Notes under the pieces: model-generated
What the model was told of the DNA's origin: nothing
What the model saw: only the letters and a program-made list of their open reading frames with translations
The model's database searches: none
IMG/VR virus record: IMGVR_UViG_3300042569_003487
Coordinates: 77,926-141,925 of that record
Direction: 5' to 3' (one strand)
From: a virus
DNA: 64,000 nucleotides
Program-made: the position numbers and the translations under genes
Shown: in pieces, positions 1-9,117 of the stretch
How the letters are laid out: each line of letters opens with the position of its first letter
Position numbering within the stretch: the stretch's first letter is position 1

Positions 1-1
1 T

Positions 2-2152
2 TCCAGTAGTTAAATAGGTATTTGAATCAACTGAACCATCTGCTTTTAAAAATTGACTTGATGTTCCTCCAACCTTAATAAAGGATCTGCCTGTAATATC
101 GTTTGCAGCAAGATCTGCAAGTGCAAATGAAGCATGTGAAGTATCAATAAATGGAGAAGCATCTGGTTCTGGCGTATATCCCTTAAAGAATTTCCAAGTA
201 TTATCAGTTGCATCTCTAAATAATCCGGCATGGGCATAAGAACCATCATTGTAACCAGCAGCAAATCCTAAATCTGGATTAGCATTTGATTTAGCTCTTG
301 CAGTACCACCTGAACTATAGGATCCAGTTGCACTATTTGCAATTGTAAATGAGTTTGTTGAAACTCCAGTAATTATTTGATTTGATAAGTTGTATGCAGT
401 TGGACTTACACCAGTAATAGTAACTGACATTCCAATAACATAGTTATGGGTCTCTTGCGTTGTATAAACTACGCTTGAACCATTTCCTACTGCATTTGTA
501 ATTGTAGTAGCAATTCCATTGTTCAGATAAATCATGTTATCTGATACTGCTAGGTTTTGCGCATAAACTGTAGTCGTAGTACCTCCAATTATTAAGTTTC
601 CTACTACATTAAGATCTCCACCAACATATAGATTCTTTGCAATACCTACACCGCCTGCTGTAACGATTGTTCCAGTTGAGGTTGATGTTGCTTGCGTTGT
701 ACCCGAAAAAGTTTTAATTCCTGCAATAGATTCATTACCTGTGGTATGGACAACATTTGCATCATTGGCTGGTGTAAATCCTAACCAGCCTGCAATTGTT
801 TTATTAACCCATAAGGTTCCATCGTATCCTAAAATATGTCCATTAACTGGAACAGTTGTAATTAGGTCAACATCATGAATTTCCTTTAGTTCAAATCCAT
901 TTTGAACTTTAACAAAGATCTCACCAGTATTTGCATTTTTTCTGGTAACAATACCGATAAAAACAAGATGTCTAGGCGCATATGGCTTATTAGGTAAACC
1001 ATAAATTAAGTTTCCATTATCGCCTAACCAAACTGGATCACCTTCAGTTCCAGCTAGAGACGTATCTAATCCGGCTAAAAGACCCTCTGTTACAACATTG
1101 GCCATTCCATTGATTGCAACGGTTGCATCTAAGAGACCCATTGTTTTTGATGAAGTTGCTTCACTTCCATTTGATGCAAGATCTACAATCATATTGGTTC
1201 CATCTGCACTTGTTACATAAACAGCTTGACCTTTATTAATTGCAACGGCTGCTTTTACACCATGTTGAACTCTTGATACATAGCTAACCGTATCAATTGT
1301 CCAAGCCCTGTTTGCGCTTAGGTCATATGAAGTTCCATTAATAGAAAGGGTTCTAGAAGTTGGTACATAGTTTGGAGTCCAATTAACCCATTGAGATCCA
1401 TTAAATTGTAATAATTGTCCAGTTGCGGCTAATGAAATTGTAACATCAGTTAGGCTATCTAAATTAGTAGGAATTGAAATATTTGTTGCAGATACTGCAG
1501 TAACCAAACCTTTGCCGTTAACTGTAATCACAGGAACTGCTGTTGCTGAACCAAATGTTCCAACGTTTGAGTTAACTGTTGCTAAGGCTAGGCCAATATT
1601 TCCGTTTGAAGTTAAAGGAGAGTTTGCAATTACAAAATCAGAACCAGTAATTCCAACTGAAGTTAAGGGTGGAGTTACTGTATTGTAACCAATCGTCCAC
1701 CAATAAGTTGTACCATCATAATAAACACCTAGAACATCTGTTGCATTTGCAGCAGAGCTTGCTGTATATGAACCTCCACCAACGATTGAACTTCCTCCAG
1801 GTAGAGTTAAGGTACGACCGCCGGCTGCATCTTGTTTAACTAAGATTAAACCAGTATCGCCGGCTTCCATATTGGCAATAACTAGAGTTCTTGCTCCAGC
1901 AATGGTTACCTTTGCATTAGCACCAGAATTAAAGTCCCAAGTAATAGCGGCGCCATCAGTTAGGGTCTGTTGAGCCATCGTAACTTTACCATTAACCTTA
2001 AGATTTCCACCAATTGTGAATTTTTTGGCAGACTGTAGGGTTAGGGTAAGATTACCGGCATTATCATGTTGTAGGACTGGCTTATTAGCAACGTTATCGC
2101 CAATAAATTCTAGTAAGCCTGTTGCTGGGGTTATCTTGACCGTTTGCGCCAC
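2..2152 (-). CDS. Long tail-fibre-like protein, truncated at the window edge (absent from the ORF track because no stop is reached)
   Basis: Manual translation of both ends from GTG at 2152 gives MAQTVKITPATGLLEF...QTLTDGAAITWDFNSG...ANPDLGFAAGYNDGSYAHAGLFRDATD...GGTSSQFLKADGSVDSNTYLT in one frame; these are modules typical of large-phage fibres. Confidence 0.8.
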   Translation of the reverse strand, partial: MAQTVKITPATGLLEFIGDNVANKPVLQHDNAGNLTLTLQSAKKFTIGGNLKVNGKVTMAQQTLTDGAAITWDFNSGANAKVTIAGARTLVIANMEAGDTGLILVKQDAAGGRTLTLPGGSSIVGGGSYTASSAANATDVLGVYYDGTTYWWTIGYNTVTPPLTSVGITGSDFVIANSPLTSNGNIGLALATVNSNVGTFGSATAVPVITVNGKGLVTAVSATNISIPTNLDSLTDVTISLAATGQLLQFNGSQWVNWTPNYVPTSRTLSINGTSYDLSANRAWTIDTVSYVSRVQHGVKAAVAINKGQAVYVTSADGTNMIVDLASNGSEATSSKTMGLLDATVAINGMANVVTEGLLAGLDTSLAGTEGDPVWLGDNGNLIYGLPNKPYAPRHLVFIGIVTRKNANTGEIFVKVQNGFELKEIHDVDLITTVPVNGHILGYDGTLWVNKTIAGWLGFTPANDANVVHTTGNESIAGIKTFSGTTQATSTSTGTIVTAGGVGIAKNLYVGGDLNVVGNLIIGGTTTTVYAQNLAVSDNMIYLNNGIATTITNAVGNGSSVVYTTQETHNYVIGMSVTITGVSPTAYNLSNQIITGVSTNSFTIANSATGSYSSGGTARAKSNANPDLGFAAGYNDGSYAHAGLFRDATDNTWKFFKGYTPEPDASPFIDTSHASFALADLAANDITGRSFIKVGGTSSQFLKADGSVDSNTYLTTG

Positions 2153-2173
2153 GTATGTAATAGACTATTTGAA

Positions 2174-2602
2174 TTATTTATTCATGTCTATCTCAATTTG
2201 CAATGGTTTAACATCTTTACGTTCAGCCTGAACTAAATAAAAGAATTGTGGTTTATGAGAGCCTGCTACTTCAAAATAAGTATCAGTAATTGCCTTAATC
2301 CAAAGCGATTGAGATTTACCGAATGGTGTAATTGTAACTGTTATTGAGTCCTTATTTGCTAGGCTTGCCCAATATTCTGGAAAAAAGATACGTTTTTCTT
2401 CACTTTTACCTCTAACATAGATTCCATGTTCAGGTCCCTCTAAGTTACCGTGAGCAAGCTTAAATCCTGGCTTAGTTGGATGATCGATTAAGAACTGCTT
2501 AGTTACAGCTGAAAAATTTCCATTATGATTAATATCTCCGGAAGATTCATTGTACGTCATGTGCGCACTAATATTAACTTGCTTTAATTTAACTTGAGCC
2601 AT
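2174..2602 (-). CDS. Stand-alone tail-fibre C-terminal (chaperone-like) domain protein
   Basis: KQFLIDHPTK...LEGPEHGIYVRG...PEYW...SITVTITPFG...AERKD, normally seen at fibre C-termini. Confidence 0.65.
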   Translation of the reverse strand: MAQVKLKQVNISAHMTYNESSGDINHNGNFSAVTKQFLIDHPTKPGFKLAHGNLEGPEHGIYVRGKSEEKRIFFPEYWASLANKDSITVTITPFGKSQSLWIKAITDTYFEVAGSHKPQFFYLVQAERKDVKPLQIEIDMNK

Positions 2603-2628
2603 TTATGAATTTGTATCTTTTCTATAGA

Positions 2629-2636
2629 TATTTATA
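2629..2636 (-). promoter_or_regulatory. T4-type late promoter TATAAATA
   Basis: Exact T4 late consensus 26 nt upstream of the 2602 start, just downstream of a terminator. Confidence 0.7.
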
Positions 2637-2660
2637 CTCCTAGTTTGGACTTTGGATAAT

Positions 2661-2687
2661 AAAAAAGCCTCCATAAAGGAGGCTCTT
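2661..2687 (-). terminator. Rho-independent terminator
   Basis: Minus strand AGCCTCC-TTTAT-GGAGGCT followed by a T-run, after the 491-aa gene. Confidence 0.8.
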
Positions 2688-2709
2688 ATTTAAATAGTTA
2701 AAATATTAA

Positions 2710-4185
2710 TTATGCTTGTCTGTATGTAATTTCAATTTCGTCAGTTGTTTCAATTGCATACGGTATACTATATAGCGCAAGCTCATTACCTGCATCTAAT
2801 TCCCATTGACTTACGAATTTTAAAGCAACTCCATTTATAGTAACTGAGAAAACTTCTGCCACTTGATTTGTTGTAGTAAGGTTTATTGTAGCATTAGCGG
2901 CAGCAGTTAATCCAGTAAATACCTGAAAATGTATAGGATTATTACTAACAGTTAGGGTAAGTGTATTGGTTGTACCTGGAGCAGCAGACCCGGTTGCAGC
3001 AAAGGTTAAACCCGCACCGGTTGCAAAGTTTAGAGTATCTGTATCTAAATCAAAACTAGTTGCAGTAGCACCTTCAGCACTTATATTTAATTGACTTGCA
3101 GCACCGATTAATGTTTTAAGATTTGCAAATGTAATTTTTTGGTTAACTGCTCCAGATGAACTGATTGCAATAAAGTCTGCATCTGCGATTGTCGTAACTG
3201 TTGTTAATTCAGAAAGATCTAAGTTAATAGTTAAGGTTCCAGAGCTATATGCAGTATCAATTCCATTTGTTCCACCCGCGATAGTTAGAGTTGAACCCAA
3301 TGCAACTGTACCTGTTCCAGTATCTCCAGCAAATGTGTGCGTGCTATTTACAAGCATCGCATTAGTTACTCCGCCATTTTTAATGTATAACGCGTCATTG
3401 ATATCAATTCCAATTGAAGAGTTATCGAAGTTTACATTAAACTTGGTACCGACTCTAGTTAATCCAACTCCCGCTTCAGCGACTCCCGCTGCTGAGAACT
3501 GTGTAAATTGAATTTGAGCGTTTCCTGTAGGGTTTTCATCAAAGTGCCATAAACCAGAAGTTCCAGTCGCTGGAATTGAACCATTTGGAAAACTTAGAAC
3601 CCATCCGGTATCTCCATAAACTGTTCCTTGTTCAACAAAGGTAAACATACCACCTGAAACTTCTCCAGTTTCGACTTGGTTATCTGAATCGGTTGCTCTA
3701 ACTAGACGCTGAGCCTCAAATACATAAATACCATTTATTTTTTGTCTTCCAGCCTCTTCTGCTGCAATTAATACTCGATCTCCATCTGCAAGTGTAACAC
3801 CATCTAACATAAGAGTTGCGATTGGAGTTCCATTATTCATCGTAGTAAATAGGTCTTGGTCAATAAACGACGAACCATTCAATTCATTTTGTACTGAAAT
3901 TGCAGGAGTTCCGCCTGATGCTGCAGTAGATGGTCGATAAATCGCAACTACTGATTTTTTTACGTCTAATCCAGTCGCAACTGAATCAACATAGGCTTTG
4001 TTTACAGCGTGGTTATCTGCACCCGGAGTTCCATTGATTTGGATATTTCCAACTGTTGCTGAAATTAAACCATTTAATATATTAAGAGTTCCTGTTGCAA
4101 CACCGCTGCCACCAGTAGTTCCTCCGAATAATTTAGTTAGGTTAACTGAGTTGTTTTCCAGCTGTTTACCTTTAATTAGTGCCAT
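2710..4185 (-). CDS. Virion structural / tail-fibre-related protein
   Basis: HAVNKAYVDSVATGLDVK...DGVTLADGDRVLI...NGIYV...RATD...FTFVEQG module; rich in Thr/Gly/Ala. Confidence 0.7.
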   Translation of the reverse strand: MALIKGKQLENNSVNLTKLFGGTTGGSGVATGTLNILNGLISATVGNIQINGTPGADNHAVNKAYVDSVATGLDVKKSVVAIYRPSTAASGGTPAISVQNELNGSSFIDQDLFTTMNNGTPIATLMLDGVTLADGDRVLIAAEEAGRQKINGIYVFEAQRLVRATDSDNQVETGEVSGGMFTFVEQGTVYGDTGWVLSFPNGSIPATGTSGLWHFDENPTGNAQIQFTQFSAAGVAEAGVGLTRVGTKFNVNFDNSSIGIDINDALYIKNGGVTNAMLVNSTHTFAGDTGTGTVALGSTLTIAGGTNGIDTAYSSGTLTINLDLSELTTVTTIADADFIAISSSGAVNQKITFANLKTLIGAASQLNISAEGATATSFDLDTDTLNFATGAGLTFAATGSAAPGTTNTLTLTVSNNPIHFQVFTGLTAAANATINLTTTNQVAEVFSVTINGVALKFVSQWELDAGNELALYSIPYAIETTDEIEITYRQA

Positions 4186-4211
4186 TGTTTATGGAGTCTT
4201 TTTATTTAAGT

Positions 4212-4219
4212 TATTTATT
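4212..4219 (-). promoter_or_regulatory. Late promoter AATAAATA
   Basis: Motif copy in the intergenic gap upstream of 4185. Confidence 0.6.
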
Positions 4220-4225
4220 TGTTAG

Positions 4226-5515
4226 TTAGGGCGTAAATGTAAATCCCCAAGTTGAACCTATGACAACCTGTCCAGCTGTTAAAGTTTGTGGATCTGGTGT
4301 AACATAGACATCTGTCCATGCAAAACCTGGATTGGTTGGAGTAGTTGTGACAGTCCACGTCCCATAGTTAACAGTTGGATTATTTTTATCAAATCCTGTA
4401 ATAGTTGTCCCAACTGGTAGGCTAGTTAATGTTGAGAGTATTGATGTTTGTGGATTTCCATTTACATCATCTGGAATATTGTTTAATCCAAAGTAATGGG
4501 TTCCAAATGGTGCATTATATCCTCTAACAAACTCCCCTGGATTTGAACTACTGCCACCAGTCCAATAGTATGTAGCAGACGGCGCTGGCTGTGCCAGAGT
4601 AACAGTTCCTCCACTAAAATATTCAAGCAAAATAAGATCAGTTGTTTCTAATCCATGTTCTAAATATGCTGGGCGAACATATAGTGAATCGCCTGCTTCT
4701 ACTTGAGCTAATAATAATTGATTACCTCCGCCAGTTCTGCTAAAGAAGAAAGGCGATGTATTGGAATCAGTTAGGAGTCGTCTTACTCCGTTTACGCTAA
4801 TACAAACAGTTGAATCTACGTGAATAGACTTAGTAATTGGCGAGTTTGCAGCAAGAGAATAACTTCCAGTATTTGAAGTATATGCAACAAAATTTGCGTT
4901 TCCTTGTTCAGCACTAGGTGTAATTGGTGCAATCAGACTTGGAATAACTCGGATATGTCCTTTCATTACAGTCTGATTAGCTGTACATACATAGAAAAGA
5001 TCGTCTGGCGCATCAAATGGAACGGTCCATAAGATATAACCGCCGGTATTTTGAGTATTAGATCCAGTACCACTAGTTGGCATTCCAACCGAATACGAAG
5101 TTCCATCTGCACTTCGGATTTGAAGTGTGTGTCCTATACTTGCAGCAACTTTAAATTTGTAAATGTTTCCTCTAAAAACATAAATTGTAGGATTAGCATT
5201 ATTACCACTATTAAAATCAGATGCCTCATTTACTAACCATGAAGTATTTTGAGGATGTGCAACAAAGGTTAAGAGATTTGCATTAGTTGGTGAAAATTCA
5301 ATAAGATCTGCATCTAGAACTCCATCTTTAAACCAATACATTTTATTATCGTCATTATCGACGATTCTAACCATCATTGTAGGGAATCTAATAGCCTGTG
5401 GAATATTAGATAGCGCTTCAGTTGTAGTTGAATATGGACCAGAATAACCGTCCACTGGAACTGGATTAACTGGTGTAATACCATAAGGTAATTGAAGTCC
5501 TGGTGTAAAACTCAT
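4226..5515 (-). CDS. Virion structural protein with a cupredoxin-like module
   Basis: RGNIYKF...GHTLQI...WTVPFDAPDDLFYVC...MKGHI; lies in a late operon. Confidence 0.55.
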   Translation of the reverse strand: MSFTPGLQLPYGITPVNPVPVDGYSGPYSTTTEALSNIPQAIRFPTMMVRIVDNDDNKMYWFKDGVLDADLIEFSPTNANLLTFVAHPQNTSWLVNEASDFNSGNNANPTIYVFRGNIYKFKVAASIGHTLQIRSADGTSYSVGMPTSGTGSNTQNTGGYILWTVPFDAPDDLFYVCTANQTVMKGHIRVIPSLIAPITPSAEQGNANFVAYTSNTGSYSLAANSPITKSIHVDSTVCISVNGVRRLLTDSNTSPFFFSRTGGGNQLLLAQVEAGDSLYVRPAYLEHGLETTDLILLEYFSGGTVTLAQPAPSATYYWTGGSSSNPGEFVRGYNAPFGTHYFGLNNIPDDVNGNPQTSILSTLTSLPVGTTITGFDKNNPTVNYGTWTVTTTPTNPGFAWTDVYVTPDPQTLTAGQVVIGSTWGFTFTP

Positions 5516-5517
5516 GG

Positions 5518-7749
5518 TTATGCGATAGTTATTTGGTGACGGTGATCAGCACTATAAGGAATAGCATTGGTCAACGTGTATATTTTATATGCAACTGGAG
5601 TTCCTCCACCATCATTAACATTAAAGGTTGAAAGTACATAGTTTGCTGTGATATTTGCGTTTAGTGCATCTAAGTCTAATACTTCAGTTAGTGACATGGT
5701 TGCTGGTACTGCCACTGTAAATATAGTTTGAGCAGCTCCAGTATTTAAGATAAAGGTATTTCCAGCATCGGTAAATCTCCTATTGGCTAGTGCTCTAACT
5801 CCAGCTGAATTTGTTGGTGCGCTTGCACTAGGTCCATAGAATACCACGTATTTGTAAGTTATGTTATATGACGCAGTTGCGGTTGTATAAGAATCTGTAA
5901 CTGAAACTCGATAGGTTGCACTGGTTGCAGACGAAGTAATTGAAGTATCTGTAAAATTCGTAAAACTTCCTCCAGCATCAGCTAAGGTTCCAGCTGTTCC
6001 AATATTTGCATAGGCTCCACCATTAAATGAAACCGCATATTGATAACCGCTAATTGGGACATTAACTCTATTTCTAGAAGTTGATCCTTGTAAAACAGAT
6101 GAAGTATTTCCACGCTCTCTAACCTGATTGCTTTCAATATTAAGAGCTAGGGTTGAAGCTGGTGCGCTAAATGAAATGCTTGGAGATTGATATGATTGTG
6201 GTGTAATTGTCCAAGTGGCAGTCGCAGTTGCGCTAGCACTATCGGTTACAATATATTGATAGTTGAACGGTTGCGTATTAAATGCAGTATCAGTTAGGGA
6301 ATGGGTATAGGTTGAAGCATTAACATCTGACATTAATGTTGTCCAAGCACCTGAGTTATTGCGCCTCCACTGTAAAACTGCAGTTGCCACATTTGCACCA
6401 AGCGTATTAATTGTTTTGGAAAAATTTAGGACATTTACAATTGGGAGTTGATTAAATAAGATACTTGTAGGGGAACTTAGAGACACCGTAGGCGCAATTG
6501 GTTCTTGCGCAATAAGGTTAAACACCTCTTCAGCAGTTTTACCCGCAGCGGGAATCGTTTCGCCACTATTATATCGACCTACCGATTTACCAAATGGTAA
6601 ACTTACAACAATATCTGCATCAAATGTAGGAGGAGCGATTGGTCTTACAAAAACTGTTACCTTATCACTAGATGGATCGGCTACTGCTAAAATTGATGAA
6701 CTTAGGTTAGATGGACCCTCTTTAAAATCGAGTTGTTCCATTTTAGTTAAGTTTGTAGCAGGATCAGTTGATGCAATATCGGTTCCATCATTACTTACAG
6801 TAAATGCAGAAACTGAATTAAGCGCTTCGGAATCAATTGAGATTGAAATCTGCTTGGTCGCTGGATTAAAATTAATATTAACTCCATCTTCTCCAGCAAT
6901 TCTAACCGTATCATTAATTGAGGCAGCTTCAAATTGGATAGATCCGCTTGCACTTGCAATTTTAGAAAATCCTGGAGTTTGAACTGGCGAATTAATTGTT
7001 ACCTTATTGGTTGCGTTATTAAATGAAACTGTAGTATCTCCAGTACCTTCAATTCTAAAAATACTTTCTGGACCGGCTGCTGTTAGTTGAACGTTACCTA
7101 GAGCATTTGCAATTTGACTAAATGAATTAGTATTAGCATTTGCTGAACTAATTATGACTCTCTTATTTACTGAGTCTAAAGTTACGGTAGTACCGCCCTG
7201 TCCTTCAAATCCTAAAGTATCAGTTGCATTACTTGCTCCAAATATTACGGTACCTTGCGCATTGGCAATTCCAGTAAATGCTGTTCCAACTGGACCAGAT
7301 GCAGCTTGACCGCTGGAGAGCTTAACCCAACCGTTATCTTCAGTATAACCATAGAAACCTTCTCCGGCTGGAGCCGTATCGTTTGCATAAATTACATCTC
7401 CAATAATACCAGCCGCTGCAAGCTTTCCAGTATTATCTTGAAGTCTAAGTAAAGGTGTTTGAAATAGATTAGCAAGGGCAGATTGGGTTGTTAAAACACC
7501 ATCTGCATCAACCTGCATTTTAATTGAACCATTCTGAACAACTCGTATCGTTGAATTTGCAACAATTGAAGTTGCATTGATTTGATTTACCGAAATATTA
7601 TTATTGGTTTCGTCAAATGAAATCGCCGATAAAAATGCCTGGATGGCTGCCTGTAAATTATCAAAATTCTGGTTAGACGTCGATATACTCGAGCTTAAGC
7701 TTGAATCAGATAAATCCGTAATGTTTGTTAAGTTAGAATAGACTCCCAT
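5518..7749 (-). CDS. Virion structural protein (fibre/baseplate-associated) with internal repeats
   Basis: Three F-x-x-IA-(N/S)A-x-G...EG...V repeats (FTGIANAQG, FSQIANALG, FSKIASASG); Ig-like C-terminal half. Confidence 0.6.
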   Translation of the reverse strand: MGVYSNLTNITDLSDSSLSSSISTSNQNFDNLQAAIQAFLSAISFDETNNNISVNQINATSIVANSTIRVVQNGSIKMQVDADGVLTTQSALANLFQTPLLRLQDNTGKLAAAGIIGDVIYANDTAPAGEGFYGYTEDNGWVKLSSGQAASGPVGTAFTGIANAQGTVIFGASNATDTLGFEGQGGTTVTLDSVNKRVIISSANANTNSFSQIANALGNVQLTAAGPESIFRIEGTGDTTVSFNNATNKVTINSPVQTPGFSKIASASGSIQFEAASINDTVRIAGEDGVNINFNPATKQISISIDSEALNSVSAFTVSNDGTDIASTDPATNLTKMEQLDFKEGPSNLSSSILAVADPSSDKVTVFVRPIAPPTFDADIVVSLPFGKSVGRYNSGETIPAAGKTAEEVFNLIAQEPIAPTVSLSSPTSILFNQLPIVNVLNFSKTINTLGANVATAVLQWRRNNSGAWTTLMSDVNASTYTHSLTDTAFNTQPFNYQYIVTDSASATATATWTITPQSYQSPSISFSAPASTLALNIESNQVRERGNTSSVLQGSTSRNRVNVPISGYQYAVSFNGGAYANIGTAGTLADAGGSFTNFTDTSITSSATSATYRVSVTDSYTTATASYNITYKYVVFYGPSASAPTNSAGVRALANRRFTDAGNTFILNTGAAQTIFTVAVPATMSLTEVLDLDALNANITANYVLSTFNVNDGGGTPVAYKIYTLTNAIPYSADHRHQITIA

Positions 7750-7770
7750 CTATGCCCAGTTTGTTTTTGT

Positions 7771-7778
7771 TATTTATT
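7771..7778 (-). promoter_or_regulatory. Late promoter AATAAATA inside a CCAGTT/AACTGG inverted repeat
   Basis: TAATAAATAACAAAAA context is shared with the copies at 28405 and 34650. Confidence 0.65.
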
Positions 7779-7796
7779 AACCAGAACTGGCTTTGC

Positions 7797-9107
7797 TTAA
7801 AGAGCAATCTCAGTCTTAGAATCTTTAGTTGCATGGTATGCAAGAGGCGACCCTACGACTAGGCATTCAGTTAAATTTGCAGAAACTTGCATGTCTGGAC
7901 GACCCTTAATTGTTGATTGTTGAATCGTATTAACTCCAGATTGATTAAAATTACAATTAGAGAGATTTGAATATCTAATATCATTTTTATCAAAAATTGT
8001 ACACTCTAATAATCTAGAGCTTCTAACTTTACAGTTAAGAATTGTACATTCAGAAAGTTCGGCTTGAATAGACGAGTTAATAAAAACAATATTTGAAAGA
8101 TTAAATCCATTTTTAATTCGACCCTCTAAAACTTCAATTTGATTAGTTTCAGAATTATAGTTGACATTTCCTCTAACAAGACCGCCGTATGTTACCAAAT
8201 CAAAAAGTTTTTCTCTAACAAGATTAAATTTAGCTGATAAAATTTCTGGTCTAGGATCTAAATCCATTGTTAATTTTATCAGTGGATATTTAGTTTCAAA
8301 TGTAGAATAGCTTTTTAGTCCGCTTAGGTGGGTTTTTTGTTCAGTTAAAATTTCTTTAATTTTTGCACGATCTGTATCTGAATAAACTGAATTTGATTTT
8401 AGTGTTGAAAATAAGGATTCTATTACTAGATTTAAAAGTTCAACGGCTTGGGTTGATCTCTTTTCATAGTTCTTTCCGCCAATATACTTAACTGTCACAA
8501 AACCTTCGCTTATTCGGTCAAAGTTAACACCAAATTGTTTTGATCTTGGAAAGCTAAATTCCATTTGTGAAGAGTAACTTCCAGCCGGAACGGTTGCTTC
8601 AGCAATAAATTTATTTTTTGGGTATATTAGATTTATAGAATGCTTGAAAATTTTACTAGAGCGAATTTCTTGGGGCCACAACTCAAATGCTTTAGCTTCA
8701 TTAAAATTAAGTAAAAATTTAAATTTATTTAGTTGAGGAATTCTTGCTCCCTCATTCATTTTTGAAAAGCCTAAATCAATCTTAACTTTACATAATTCAT
8801 TAGTATAACCATTTTCTTCAATAAACTTAAATGATTTAAGTAAAGCATTAACCCCTTCATAGTAATAAACTGGGCCAATTGTCATGCGCTTCATTTTAAA
8901 ACCATTATTATAGAGATTAGTTAACCTTGCTCCATTTTCTTTTACTGGTTGCCAAGCATCCTTTGTTGCGCCAACTTCTACTTCTCTATGTAAAGAAGAC
9001 TGGGCCTTTTCTGCAAGCTGTTGAATTGATTTATTTGAAAAGAAATCCACAGTAAGTACAAACTGTGCAGATTCAACCTGTTCTCTATTTTTAATGTCTA
9101 AAATCAT
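7797..9107 (-). CDS. Amidoligase (COOH-NH2 ligase type 2)-like protein, catalytic residues apparently lost, with a C-terminal beta-helix-like region
   Basis: GP-x-x-Y...FIEENGYTNE-x-C, KQFGVNF and YIGGKNYEK patterns recall phage amidoligase homologues; pentapeptide-like tail. Confidence 0.45.
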   Translation of the reverse strand: MILDIKNREQVESAQFVLTVDFFSNKSIQQLAEKAQSSLHREVEVGATKDAWQPVKENGARLTNLYNNGFKMKRMTIGPVYYYEGVNALLKSFKFIEENGYTNELCKVKIDLGFSKMNEGARIPQLNKFKFLLNFNEAKAFELWPQEIRSSKIFKHSINLIYPKNKFIAEATVPAGSYSSQMEFSFPRSKQFGVNFDRISEGFVTVKYIGGKNYEKRSTQAVELLNLVIESLFSTLKSNSVYSDTDRAKIKEILTEQKTHLSGLKSYSTFETKYPLIKLTMDLDPRPEILSAKFNLVREKLFDLVTYGGLVRGNVNYNSETNQIEVLEGRIKNGFNLSNIVFINSSIQAELSECTILNCKVRSSRLLECTIFDKNDIRYSNLSNCNFNQSGVNTIQQSTIKGRPDMQVSANLTECLVVGSPLAYHATKDSKTEIAL

Positions 9108-9117
9108 AAAATATTTA

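Noticed and set aside
4186-4250. Leader-locking hairpins at 4185 and 47459
   Set aside because: Only weak, interrupted pairing is visible; they were not counted among the supporting cases.
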